From Cercozoa sp. M6MM (lineage: Eukaryota > Protista > Endomyxa: Ascetosporea), in the NCBI GenBank assembly GCA_040357565.1, contig JBDODJ010000093.1: a DNA stretch of 42,835 bases; one strand, written 5' to 3'. Both the position numbers and the translations under genes were made by a program. Shown here piece by piece: positions 1 through 12,784 of this stretch; within the stretch, counting starts at the first letter, position 1; each line of letters opens with the position of its first letter. The notes beneath the pieces were generated by a model. The model saw only the letters and a program-made list of their open reading frames with translations. It did no database searches and had not been told where the DNA came from.

Positions 1-1068
1 GTCAGCACGGTGCGATGAGAAAGCCGGCGCGACCGATTCTGCAGAAACTTTACAGAAAGACACTCGACTTGATCCTGTACCTTTATCCCCCTCAACCCTA
101 CTTCCCTTAACCCCCTCTTTAACCACACCCCTGCCCCCCCCCCCCCCCCGTGAAGTGGCGCGACACTGCCGAAGCAGCTGATGCGGTTAGCGACCGAATT
201 GGTTCTTTTACCCCTTTACCCCCCCTTACCTCCTTCTTTACCTCCCACCCCTGCATAGTCACACGCGCTGCCAGACGTACAGTCATTTTCGGAGGCGCAG
301 CTGCGTCACTACGTTCGATTGGTATGTGTCCGTGTACCTGTATTTGTGTACCTGTATTTTTGTATCTGTATTTTTGTGCTGTACCTCTGTGTGTATCTAT
401 GTGTCTCTTTATATGTATGTGTATGTGCATGTATCTATGTCGTGTATCGTATGTATAGTATGTATGTCCATGTGCAGCTGCAAGTGAACGCAGACACGAA
501 GAAACTGTGTTTCCGACGACTCAACGACGAAATCCAGCGCGAGATCGGCGTACTTGCTCTTTTTCCTTCTCCTTCGCCCCGCCCCTTTAAGCAATCGAAA
601 AATAACACTGTCTCGCGACACACCCACTGTAGGTTCGATTCGACACGATTCTTCTTGACTGGGAACGACTCAGCTACGCCGAGTTGCTTGTGTGTTCTGC
701 CCTTCTCCCTCCCCGTAATTAAAACTAGTCCGGAGTTTCTGTGTTGCTGCGCAGGACAAAGCCGACGAGATGGCCGAGGTGCTGTACCAGCGACGCGTCT
801 TGCTTGGCGATGACGACGAACTCATCATCGCAACGCCCGAGCAGATTCAGCAGGTGCGCGAGGACGCCGGTATTACATCGCATCAATCTTTATACAATCT
901 ATATGCATATATATGTCTAACCTTGCTTGCCCACACTCTGTATTCTGGATTACTCTGTTTCTGTTTCCTCTCTCAGAAATGGAATTCAAGGAGTTCAAGA
1001 AGTCCGATTACTACACCGCTCTGTTCGGACGCGTGCGCGTGCCCAAGCCGAGTACTAAGCCCGAATAG
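1..1068 (+). CDS. Multi-exon hypothetical protein, possibly 5'-partial
   Basis: GT-AG introns join one frame: MRKPARPILQKLYRKTLDLILGATLPKQLMR...LQVNADTKKLCFRRLNDEIQRE...DKADEMAEVLYQRR...EMEFKEFKKSDYYTALFGRVRVPKPSTKPE*, TAG at 1066-1068. No family confidently recognised. Confidence 0.6.
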
Positions 1069-2200
1069 CTGCGTCGGCACTTCTCGTCATCGCGATCGAC
1101 CAGGATCGCAATTGTGCCCATTTCGGGTCCTGTGCTGCACCTACACTACCGTCACGTCACACAGTTGTTACGAAACGGTATCTTCCATCCGACCAGTCGA
1201 GTCAGATCTGTGTGCGGTGAGTTCTGGTGCTCCGCGCGGAAGAAAGTTAACGTTCATTAAGCACTTTGAGAAGTGTGGTCTATTGTGTTTGCCTGGTATT
1301 CTGACCTCTCCGAGAGTGTTGCTAACCTCCTTACCCTGTGCTTGGTAGGCTGACCTCGAAAGAGCAAGATTTTGCTCCTTTCCTGAAAAGGCTCTCTACT
1401 CACCAGGTAAAGCACCTCTCCAGGCTCCAGTCCTTGCACTCTCATGTAATCCCTTGATGCTGTCTTCCCAGCACAGAGAGCCTTTCTTTTTCTCCTTACG
1501 TCCCTCCTTCTCCTTCCTTCCTTCTTCTGACTACCGGGCCTCTCATCCTTCCCGACCTCTACTTCATGTACTTTGCCAACCCTATCTTGGGGTAACTATA
1601 TCTGAACTGACTACGTCTACAGACTCAATTCTTCACATCGGTTCCATTTGCTTCTTTGGTCTCTTTTCCTGGCATAGTACTCTTTTGCACTATCAAAGCC
1701 TCAATTTCTGAAAGGCTGCGGTAACACAGTGACGGCTGCCATGAGTGCTAGTAGCCGTGATGATGATTTCGATCAGTGCAGCACGTTGATACCAATTTTG
1801 CAGAAGATGCCCTGGCTGGGGAACTTCAAAAGGAAGTGGATGCCCCGCCCTATATGCGAGCGGTGGACTACCGTACGGCCATGCACTTGAGACTCACCCC
1901 AGGACTGGACAGAGGAACTAAACTTACATAGTTGGTTTCTTCTAGCAGACTGAACTACGTTCGATTGTGTACTGCAGACTACAGACGGTACGTATACAGT
2001 CTACATGATACAATACAGTGCGGTATCGTACTACAGTACAAGAAGTACTATACTCAGTCTATGTACAGTACTGTCAACCATTGGTGGTGTAAAAATACAC
2101 CGGGCCAGGTCGTACTCGCAAACAAAGTGTGCAGACGGTTTGGTAAAACCACAGGTTCGACTGCCGGCCAGTGAGAAACACCGGGGCAAATGTCGCAGAG

Positions 2201-2872
2201 TCAGCGACGACGATGGAAGCGTCGGTGAGGCGAGCCGCATCGAGCTTCCAGAGCGCACGGCTGCGCACTGCTGGCGCGAACGGCAATGGCATGCTGCAGG
2301 CGCAGTTCGAGCAGCTGACGGAAGATCTGGCGTGCGCGGCAGGCGATGCGCACCACCCTCGCCTGACGTTCGAGCTCGCGTGCTCGGAGTCGCTCGCGCT
2401 CGAGTTGCTCCTGTCGCTCGCGCACGACAGCAGCAGCTTCGGCGGCGACTTTTCGCAGCTGGAGTCGCTGCTGCTGCCGCCGGCGCTGCCAGCACAGGGG
2501 GAAGGAAGCACCTCGCTCTTGCTGGCGCTGCAGCTGCAGACGCCAGCACTCGCGAGCGGCCGCATCGCTGTTCAGCAACAGCAGCAGGCGCTGCTCACGC
2601 TCACTTGGCGGCGTTTCAAGCTTCGGCACGGCCGATTCCTCGTTGCGGGGTGCATCAAGGCACCCAAAGAACTTGCGCAGGAAATTCTGCGCCCAAAATG
2701 GCACAAACCCATTGTCATTTTTATCTGAAAAATGCACAAAAGACAGAAAACGACACGACAAAAGAAAAAGTAAAAACACACAAAGCAGCCCCGAAAACCA
2801 CCCCCACAGTGTTCCAACGTGCCGAACAACAGTCTTGCGCAGTATTGCGCAGGAACACTGAAAACGCACCAT
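2201..2872 (-). CDS. Hypothetical Arg/Gln/Glu-rich coiled-coil protein
   Basis: Open frame 2201..2914 with RERQEQLERERLRARELERQAR; pyrimidine-rich acceptor (tttttcag) near 2725. An overlapping plus-strand ORF (2171-2728) is the alternative reading. Confidence 0.4.
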   Translation of the reverse strand: MVRFQCSCAILRKTVVRHVGTLWGWFSGLLCVFLLFLLSCRFLSFVHFSDKNDNGFVPFWAQNFLRKFFGCLDAPRNEESAVPKLETPPSEREQRLLLLLNSDAAARECWRLQLQRQQERGASFPLCWQRRRQQQRLQLRKVAAEAAAVVRERQEQLERERLRARELERQARVVRIACRARQIFRQLLELRLQHAIAVRASSAQPCALEARCGSPHRRFHRRR

Positions 2873-3775
2873 TTCCGGAGGCGCAAAAAATCGTTGTCTT
2901 AGTGCACAATGCACTCAGGTCGTTCTGTAGTCACTAGTTTCACAAGTTTTTAACTCACACAATGCGTGGTGAGAGAGCAGTGCATTTTTTGTACATCACG
3001 CATCCGGCACTCATGTGGCTACCACAGAGACCATGTGGCATTCCGACGTGTGCCAGAGTGTCGCTGCACCACCTCGGCCACTCTACACACGCCAACCCGA
3101 AATGCCCAGAGCCAGGGCCCAGAGCCCAAAAGTGCTTAGATTAGATTTGGGGCATGTGCAAGGGAGACTCAGAACTGCAGAAAGCCCGTTGCACACCTTC
3201 CGACACGCTCTCATGCTGCAACAAAATTGCTTTGCAAAAACAAAAACAGTCACTTGGCGCGCGTTTCTCCACACACAGCATGGATGACTAGTGACGCTTC
3301 TAGCATCAGTAGCATCTAAACAACATTCTCCACCCATTAGATTGAGCCAAACCTCTAATTGCGCTACTGTACAAGTACACGGGGAGGGTGCGCTGGTACT
3401 GCTTCTGGGCACTGAACAGCGTGCTCAGGCATGTGCTAGGTGCGTTCACTGAGAATATTTAAGCGAAATAGACTCTAATAAACATCGATGTGTGATGGTA
3501 CCCAGTGTACCGTGATGTGCATGTCCTTTGTCAGTTCCTTCAATTGTGCGTCAATCTAATCCATCTCTTTGTTCTGAGGTGTTGTCAGGTGCAGGATGGT
3601 TCCTTTGTTGTCAATCAGGAGCGTGGAGCACGATACGTAACAACTGCGTCCTAGGTTTGCGTTCAGGCAGACCCACTCGCCCCCCAAAAGTCTGACATGT
3701 AGTAGAACTAAAATTGACTCGGTAATCTCTGACCTCTCCACTCGCCATACCGACTAGATGCAGTTTAAACGCGGC

Positions 3776-4223
3776 CTAACCGGTGCGGCAGCCGACGCCC
3801 GGGTGCTCGTCCTCGTCGTCGTCGTCGTAGCTCTCGCGTGCCTCGTGCCTGGCGCGCTGCAGCTCGGCCTCAATCTGCGTGTGCGACACGTGGACGGCCG
3901 TGGCGTCCTCCTCGTGGTCAGCTACGTCACACACCACGCTCCAAGATACACACCAACACACCAACACACCAAGAGACAACACCTGCCAAGGTACCATCAT
4001 CGACCATGGCGCTCTCCTCATGATCCTCGTCCTGCTTGGGCAGCACGCTCAGCAGCTGCTTGCGCACCTTCTGCGACAGCGAGGCCGGGAACTGCACGTC
4101 GAACTTGATGAAGAGTGAGCCGCGCGTGAAGCTGCTACGCGGCACCGGCATACCTTCGCCTTCAATCTACACGGGGGGGGGGTAACAGGAGGGTGGGTAA
4201 AAGCTGCCTACACACGCACACGC

Positions 4224-4277
<54 letters not shown>

Positions 4278-4550
4278 TCTTGAAGGAGTCAGGCTCAGTG
4301 ACGCCGGTGTCGCACTTGACGACGAGCACGCGGCCGTCGAGGTGCTTGACCTTCATCGTGAAGCCGCACAGCGCCTGTCGCAGCGAGATCTGCTTCGACA
4401 TGAACAGGTGCTGGCCCTGCCGCTTGAACGTGTCGTGGTCCTTCTCGCGCAGAATCACCACCACGTCGCCCGGCACGTAGCCTGTTGCACCACCAAGATC
4501 ATCAGGGAGGCACACACGCAAGGCACACACCAAGCTCACTCCTCTCCCTC

Positions 4551-4589
<39 letters not shown>

Positions 4590-5858
4590 ATCGGGTACCC
4601 GGCTTCTGGTCGGCCTCCTGTTCCAGCACGACGCGCTGGCCGTTACGCATGCCGCTATGTACACACACACACACATACATGACACGCACACATACAACAT
4701 GGCAGGAGTATGGAGGGAGTGTATATCTAAAACATGAGTACCGTCCAATGTGGATCGAGTGGATCTTGGCCTCGCTGACCACACCTAAGCACACAACACA
4801 AGGCGCTATACACCCGAGTCACCAAGGAGACAGACAGAAAAGCTACCGCGGCCAGAGCAGCCGCCGCAACGCTTGTCGCGCGGCAGCACCTCACCGCTGC
4901 CGTCACACGCATCGCACGGACGCTGCACCTGCTGCACCATGCCCGGGCCGATCTGACGCAGCTGCACGATGGCACCGCGGCCGCGGCACGTCGTGCACGT
5001 CGTCTTCGTGGCACCGTCTTTGCCGCCCGAGCCTTCGCACAACTTGCAGATCACCTTGCGCGTCACCTTGCACTTTTTCGTGGCGCCATTGTACAGGTCC
5101 TCCAGCGACTGAACAAACACGCACCTTGCCTATCATTTCGGCAGTGCAAAGGCTTTCTACGTACCACGTTAAGTTCGAACTGCACGTTTTGCGTCTTGCG
5201 CGGACCACTCGGCTGCGTTAAATCAGATCAAGGTCTTACTCCTTCTTCACACAGATTAGTGCAACAAGGTGCACCCCCCTGCGGCCGCCAAACATGCTGC
5301 CAAAGCCTCGCGGACCGCCCTCCGGATCGCCTGTTTACAGAGATAATTGTCGTGGATGCTTTCTCTATCTCACATGAAAAACGTACCAAAGTTGTCGTAG
5401 TTCTCGCGCTTTTGCGGATCGCTGAGCACCTCATAGGCCTGTCCAGACGCTTACATAATTAAACATGGACATTAGGCATATATAATATAAGAGAAAATGT
5501 CACCTTGGTGATCTCCTTGAATTTCTCGGGGTCGCCGCCTTTATCCGGGTGGTGCTTCATCGCGAGCTTGCGGTAGGCCTGTCACAACAATCAACTCAAT
5601 CCACTACGATACAATCACAGATTGGGGTAGAGCAGTGTCAGAATGCACCTTCTTAATCTCACGTTCCGAGGCACCCTTCTCCAGACCGAGCGCCTCGTAC
5701 AGCTTCGTGTCGCCCGGGTTACCGCCTTTTTAGTGTACCAAAAGCCAACAATGAGCAAAAACAGCAATACACTACAGAGCGACAAGGAAACGAGTACCGC
5801 CCATGCCACCCATGCCGCCCGGCATACCGCCACCGCCAAAGAAATCCTCGAAGAACAT
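3776..5858 (-). CDS. DNAJA: Type I DnaJ/Hsp40 (DNAJA/Ydj1-like)
   Basis: Spliced MFFEDFFGGGGMPGGMGG..., J domain LYEALGLEKGASEREIKK/AYRKLAMKHHPDKGGDPEKFKEI, four CxxCxGxG motifs (CKLCEGSG, CTTCRGRG, CDACDGSG, CGGCSGRG), C-terminal domain PGDVVVILREKDH...ISLRQALCGF, and a terminal CaaX-like CRTG*. Confidence 0.95.
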
Positions 5859-6349
5859 CTGCTACTGCGCTCAAGACACTCGTAAAGATCTACAGCGACG
5901 AGAGCGAAAAACAAACACAAAACACAAGCGAAATTTCCACCAAAACAAAGCGAAATTTCGACACGATCAATGGATTAAATAGGCGGCTAAAACGCACAAC
6001 ACAAGGTTAGCCCGCGCGCAAATCAAACCTAAAAACTCAAGCACACACTCGGCTGGTCTGACCTGGGCGTCCGGACAAACAGCGAAGTTTCGAAAGTCGA
6101 TTTCGGTGCGTTCAAAGCATGCTAACGTGAACCTACAGTGCGTGGGTGTCCTTCGCGGTTTATAATGCCGTCGCAAATGGACTCTGACAGGGAGATGGTC
6201 AATCAAAACGAAAAATGCCATTTGTGACGTCCAACGGACGGTTGGAGCGCTGCTTGGTTTCAAAAATATAAAAACTGTTCCAGCTTGACGGAGCGCAGAT
6301 CAGCCAGTCCTCTGTGTAGACCAACCTGCATAAGTCGAAGGATAACACA

Positions 6350-7716
6350 ATGGTAGTGAGATCTTGCAGGAGTGTGGTCTACACAGAAAAAATGAATTTG
6401 CTTGACTTGCTTTGTCAGACTTCAGTGCTGAGCGAGGTTCGTGGTCTCCGAGGCGGTGTCAATCTGTCCAACATTCGTCGAAGGTATGGAGGGAGTAGGC
6501 GTGGTTGTAGAGTGCAGGATATTGGTGTGTATAGAGACCCGAGCGTGCGCGAGCTGCTGGCTTCGGCGCGGCATGTGCACGTGTTCGCCATGCAGCACGC
6601 CACGCGCACCTGGCAGGAACAGAAGGTGTGTCGGCTTTTCTTGAATAGCCCTGTTGTTCATAAACTGACTCAGGTGCCTTGCTGACAGGTCGATGGACCA
6701 TGTTTTCTGGTGCGCCGTTCCGAAGAGTACAGTGTTCCCTGATGTGCCCTCCTCCTCCCTCCCCCGGTATACGGAACTATGATAATAGGCCGCACTTCCG
6801 ATTGTGCGTCATGTCGCGTCAACGAGCGGCGTACTGGCTGCGCGATTTGTCTGCTGACTCTCTAGTCGAGTCGCAGGTATCAATAGACATACTTGCCACG
6901 AGGCAAGGTAGGTAGGGGTGTTGTACAGGGCGCCTACCTGTTCCTGCGTCTGTCGAAGCAAGGCGGCGAGGACAATGACCTCGCCTTGTGGCACTACGAC
7001 GCTGCTGATGTGCCGGCCTTTGTGGAAGCAGTCAAAACGGCGGTGCACCTGCTGCAGCAGACACGACTCGAACGAGAACACAGCAAGCGACCGTCACTGG
7101 CGCAGGTGCGTTGTGTTCTGCTTGCTCCCCCCTGCTCCGCCTCCCCTACCACCTGATGTCCGCACAGTCCATGACTTCGCCCATGTTGCGGCCATTGGTG
7201 CCTGCCTCGGCCTTGCGACAGTCACGGTGAGAGACACAACACACACACATATATACACACACACGCACACACACAGACAGGTGCATGCAGTTGTCCCCTG
7301 TGTACACTGTCTGTGATCGAGCAGGAAGCAGTACGACACCTACGTACCTCCGGCTGCTGCCCGGCGAGAAATGTCGGTTCTCGACTTGGACGACAATAAC
7401 GAAGACGGCAACGAAGATAGTGAGGAGTCTAGTAAGACTTCTGTCGTCAGCAACGGCACCAACGACGAGAGAGACGAAGCACTTGAAGACACACACGAGC
7501 TTCCCACTGCAAGCCCACCACGCAGGAGTGCTCTGCCGCAAGGCGTCCTCCTGTCGCCCGAATTGATTCAGCTCCTTCTCAATGGTAGCACACCAACTCG
7601 CTGTCTCTCGAATGTTTACATGTGAGTGTCACTCCCTGCATGCATCCGTTGCGTGTCTTGATGTAGGCGACGCGACACTGGAGCAGTTGTTTGACAAGTC
7701 CGACCAAATGTGTTAG
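6350..7716 (+). CDS. DCP1: mRNA decapping subunit Dcp1 (EVH1 domain) with low-complexity C-terminus
   Basis: Exons give NLSNIRRR/DPSVRELLASARHVHVFAM..TRTWQEQK/VDGPCFLVRR/PHFRLCVMSR/GAYLFLR...LALWHYD, matching the Dcp1 EVH1 pattern (NL..L.R.DP....IL..A..V.......W....VEG.LF...R). Stop TAG at 7714-7716. Confidence 0.8.
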
Positions 7717-7834
7717 TTCTGACATGGGTCGCCGGGCTTTCTGTTGTTTGAGGATTTCAAACGAAAGTGATCATGGTTCTTTCGATTAAACTTCATTAAC
7801 TAGCGCTTCGCTTACTGCACATGTCGAATCGAAG

Positions 7835-10114
7835 TCACTGGTAGCACGTGCGCACGTGAGAGAGCGCCTCTCGCGTGCTTTCGTCCCGCTGCTCAGGCGC
7901 GCGCACAGCAAGTTGCTGCGCCTCGTCGATCACGCTAACTCGGCCTGCAAAAAAAAAAAACACATAGGGCATCTGTCGCTGAGCTAAAGCAAGACAGATA
8001 CCGGACGCAGTGATCGCGACAACCCGGTCCTTGTTCTGCCAATGAAAGTTGGCTTCTTGTTTCGCAATTCACCCAAGAGATGAAAACTGCCACTTTACCT
8101 TTACAGAACAGACGTCCATGCCGACCCTAAAGCGATAGAGATAACAAGCATAGCAGGACAAAGCAGTGTCGGACAGTGCCATACCACCGAGAGTCGCCAC
8201 GCAGGCAACCACCGAATTGTCGTCTCACCTGCAAAAGACCATATTTCTTCTGCTTGTTGACCAGACAGCGAGGGGTTCTTACCTTCTTCTTGGCACCCAC
8301 ACGCTGGCACATAATTTCGCTGTCCATGCCGACTGTGTAGGCGAGTGGGCTGTTGGAAAAGCACGCGTAACACACGGGAAAGGGCGGTCGAAATACATGT
8401 TTTACAAAACATCCTTGTCGTCGAGTGGCTGCATATTGATGTCAACAGGCACGGCGTTACTCGGCGAGAAATGAAGTCCGACAATGTCAAACTTGGCACC
8501 TACAAGCCCCAGTCAACAAAACGAAGCTGCACACACACACACGCGCGCGCGCGCACACAACCCAAACTAAACAAACCGAGGCGCGCCTGCGACACGGTCA
8601 CCAGTCTCCTGGCGTCCATGACATACAGAACCTTATCGGCACCGGCACACGCAAAGTCGAAGGTGGCGACGCTGCTCTGGCCGCCCATCGCAATGCCACT
8701 GTACACATTGCACCGTTTGTGACAGCAAAAGCATCAAGTAGCTTAGTACGAAGGAACTGATGCGATGGAGTAGAGCGGAGTCATCGCGACACGTGCTGTT
8801 CATCACCATTAACTGTGCTTCAAGCACCTACTGCTTACAAGGAACAGATACCTCGTTGCTGTGGCCTGTTGCTTCGCACGTCCCTATCGCAAACAAAAAC
8901 ATACTTTCACCAAAGCAAAAAGCAAAGTGAGCTTTCTCGTACCACAGCGACACAACGCCGTTGCCTTCGCACACTGCGAATGCGTCTGGTGAGACCTGTT
9001 GAAACTGTACATTAAACAAACAACACGACAGATGCGACCAGGTACCGATGGAAGACCTGTGACGGCGTGTGCACTGGCAGCAGTGTGAAGACACATGATT
9101 TCGCGATGAGTCTCGACATCCACTTGCGTTACGATCCGTGACAAAGTGGAAGCAGTCAGTCTGTGCTCAAGCAAGCAGTAAAGTTACAGTGTCCATCCAC
9201 GATCGAGAGATGACACAACTCACAATCGGTTCTGGTCCCTCATGGAGCACACTCGCGCAGGACCAAAGTCAGTGACAGTGGCATCACGCACCACTGTCCG
9301 CAAGGGTTGAGTGCGACGCTTTTTTGAAACCTGTTGAGGCTTCGAATCGTCGCCTTCAACTTCGTCTTCAACGCGAGTGTCAACGACAGTGATCACAGTC
9401 TTGTGGCAGCCGTCAACGGAAGCGATCACAGATCTGTCGCCGTTGTTTCCAACACACGAGATAGACTGAACTTCGCGCCGGTGAATGTGCCGAGTTTCGC
9501 TGCATTCACACCAAAGCTAAGCCACAACAAAATGTAAGACATGTCAACAAAGCTACCTCGCAGTGGAAGCACTCGCATCAACTGAAACGCACTCAACTGA
9601 GACGCGAGACAGCGGAACTGGCACCTGTCTGAGGCAAAGCGAATTAGCGCATAGATCGAAATCATTAAAGTTGCGATACTTTGAGCACAGCGGTCCTTGA
9701 CGACCAAGTTGCAAGTCATCAATGGAGATGCTGAAGAATTCAGAAAAAGAGATCGACATTCGCGCAACAAACCAGCCAGACTTACTCGGGAAGCGCTGCC
9801 GTCACCACAGACACCTGGCATCCGTGGCCAACGGCAAAGGTTGACCGACGAGCCTGCAGCGAGTACGAATTGTCGGCAAAAAGGTTTGGATCAGCTGCCA
9901 AACTACCTCATTGGCGTCGGCGTGTAAGATAGTCAGTCGGTCTGATGGGAGAGACCCAGCTGATTGCGCGAACGACGAGAACGCAAACGAGTATACAGGA
10001 GCAAGCAACATGAATTACAACCAATCGTGTAGCCCAGCGCGCGTTTCGCGCCCTCGCTGCCGAGCCTTTGACAAATAAGGGTGCGTTGGGAAGAATATCC
10101 AGCTGCTGGGTCAT
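7835..10114 (-). CDS. Multi-exon WD40-like protein
   Basis: Series of minus-strand exons with beta-strand-like content (FACAGADKVLYVMDARR, VGMDSEIMC, LRGDSRWYG); last exon GRVSVIDEAQQ...TCYQ*. The start is tentative. Confidence 0.5.
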
Positions 10115-10254
10115 TGTTGGCGAATAAAGTTCAGTTGTGGGGCAAGTGTGTGGGCACAGTGTGCTCCTTTGGCTTGTGCTGCGTTCTGAGCCGGGTATGA
10201 TCTATCCAAAAAAAAAAAAATACATGTTTTTCAGCGATATCTTGGTTCGATAGG

Positions 10255-12670
10255 ATGAGTTCGCTGCGGCTTCATAGAGTCTCTCAGCCACGTATTTCTA
10301 GCGGTCAGAGTCAGCTTCGGCCTGGAAAGGGCAGCCAAACGAATGACGATCTTCCAACCTCGTTTGGTTCACCTGCTGTGAAACGTGTCACCACCAGCAG
10401 TGCTTTCGACGCACAAGATGGCTCAGTTGTACGCTTGACCTTGCTTCCAATTTTCCTTACTGCTTTTGTTAATCTACATCCATTAGACCACTGATGTCAA
10501 GTTCCAGCTAAATTTTGGAAAAGGGCAGCAACGTGTTTCAGTCTCAATGCCATGGATGTTCCACACTCTCTTTGACATCCACGTTCAGTACCTCCCGCTA
10601 CTTTGCATGAGTGCTCGATTTTAAAGACCAGTTTCGCAGGAACACTCAAAGGAACGATGAAAACGCGCTTGCTTTCAAACTATCGTTGGACCTGGTTTGA
10701 TTGAAGATCTATTGTGTGAAGGAAGAATCTACAGTTTCAAGAGCGGGTTTTGTTTAGGACGATAGTCAGTATCCAGAGAAATCCACGCTCACCAAGAGAC
10801 AGCAAATGCCGTAAAATTACAGATATTTATTTAATCTATCTCTGTCTGTATTTATTTAATACTGTATATATTTATTGCGCTTGTTTGTTTGATTGTGTTA
10901 CCCCCTCTCGCAGTGTCGTGCTATTAATGCGTGGTGTTAAACTCTTTGTGTCGGTCCATGTTGGCGACTTTCACATCTTAAACAAAGGTAACACTGTTCA
11001 CCCTCGCATACCCGTGGATATCAAGTGAGCTATATGAATACAGACCTGCCTTTGGACACGCTTATTCGTTTACCGTGGTAACTGGCCGTTTTTCTGTATC
11101 AACCTTGTGTATACGTGCAAGTGCATGTCGTAAATGCAGCAAGTTTCCGTCTCTGCAGTCGCCAGTTCGCGCCAGCGATTTCGATAAGTCTACTCTGCCG
11201 GTGTGTTTGCGTCTGCGCATGAAGGCGCGCAGTGGCGTTGATAGTCCGATCGAGTACTACCGACAAGACACGATGCAGCGCATCAGACATCGTACTCCAT
11301 ATGCCTCTCACACTCTGATGGTGTCGTTGCTAGAATGAACTCATGCTCAGACACGTCGAACAGTTTCCGTCGACGCGACACAACCATCCGAATTGCCCGG
11401 CAGTTTCTCGAAAAACAGGAGCAAATGCTCGAATTCGAACGCAGTGTTTTCCGGTACCCCCATGTGGCGTGTGGTTTTCTCTTTGCCCTGCACTGTTTCT
11501 CCGTAGCCAAAAAGGCCGCATAAAATCGGTGGAGCGTCGAACGCCTAAGAAGCCCTATTTCGGTCTGTCGGCCGCCGACCGCATGTCGGGCATGGATGAG
11601 CCACAAGCCAAGCGGCGCCGTGTGACGCCGTTGCGCGCCACTCCCAGGCACGGCGACGCTAACGGTGACATTGTCGCAGGCATCGTCAAGGACAACAATG
11701 GCGACCACTTCAAAGCACAAGCCAGCTTCGAGGCCGATCGCTTGGCGGAAGGCGTCTGGGGCAACTCATCGCCGGCGAGGACGAGCCACTGGAAGCACAG
11801 TTCGCCCCGACACAACGCAGGCAATCCTTTCTCGACGAGTCGCTCGCGTCTGACGCCCAAGAAGTCGGCGCATGTGACGCCGGTGTCACCACACGTGACA
11901 CCCAGACACGTGACACCCAGAAACGTAACACCCGGACAGGTGACACCCAGACAGGTGACACCCAAGCATGAGACACCCAAGCATGAGACACCCAAGCATG
12001 AGACACCCAGACACGTGGCATCAAAGTCAGTGACACCGGAGCACGTGCCAGCGTCGCCAGTGACGCGATCGGACCTGCCATTGGACGAACTGCCCAGTGG
12101 CCTGATCAATCAGAGCTGCACGTGCTACCTGAACTCGTACCTGCAGGTGATGTTCCACTTGCGCGTGTTTCGCGAACTCGTGTTCCGGGAGGCACTGCCA
12201 AAGTCGACTTTCTCGACGCCTCTGTCACCGGCACAAGTGCAGAAGTTTCGCGGAACGCTCCTGCAGCACATGCGGAAGCGTGTCAGTTCTGAGCAGCGTG
12301 TACCTTGCTGTTCATGTTTGAGTGTGTGTGTATGTGTGTTTATGTGTGTGTATGTGTGTGTATGTATGTCTGTGTGTCTGTGTCTGTGTTTGTGTGTGTG
12401 TGTGTGTTTCTGTGGGTGTGTTATTGGTGGATACGCATTATGACTGCAGCTTAAAACTTCGACGGACATTGTGAAGCGCGAAATCGACATCTGCGTGCGC
12501 AAACTGCGCGAACGCAACATCATGCGCGAGGTACTTATTGTGTGTGTATGCGTGTGTGCGTGTGTTTGCGTGTGTGTGTGTGTGTACGACACTGATGCTA
12601 CCCCAAATGCAGGTGCAGCGACTGTTCTACCGACTGGCCACCGCCGATGGCGTGTACGTTTCCTTCTCTT

Positions 12671-12706
<36 letters not shown>

Positions 12707-12731
12707 TGAGTGTGTGTGTGAGTGAGTGTGT

Positions 12732-12784
<53 letters not shown>

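Noticed and set aside
16-76. NDUFA5- or LYR-like assignment for the first gene (ILQKLYRKTL)
   Set aside because: The similarity is limited to one short helix; insufficient without a profile search.
1715-1931. Short coding-looking stretch suggestive of a transposon ORF remnant
   Set aside because: Under 60 codons in any frame and no recognisable domain.
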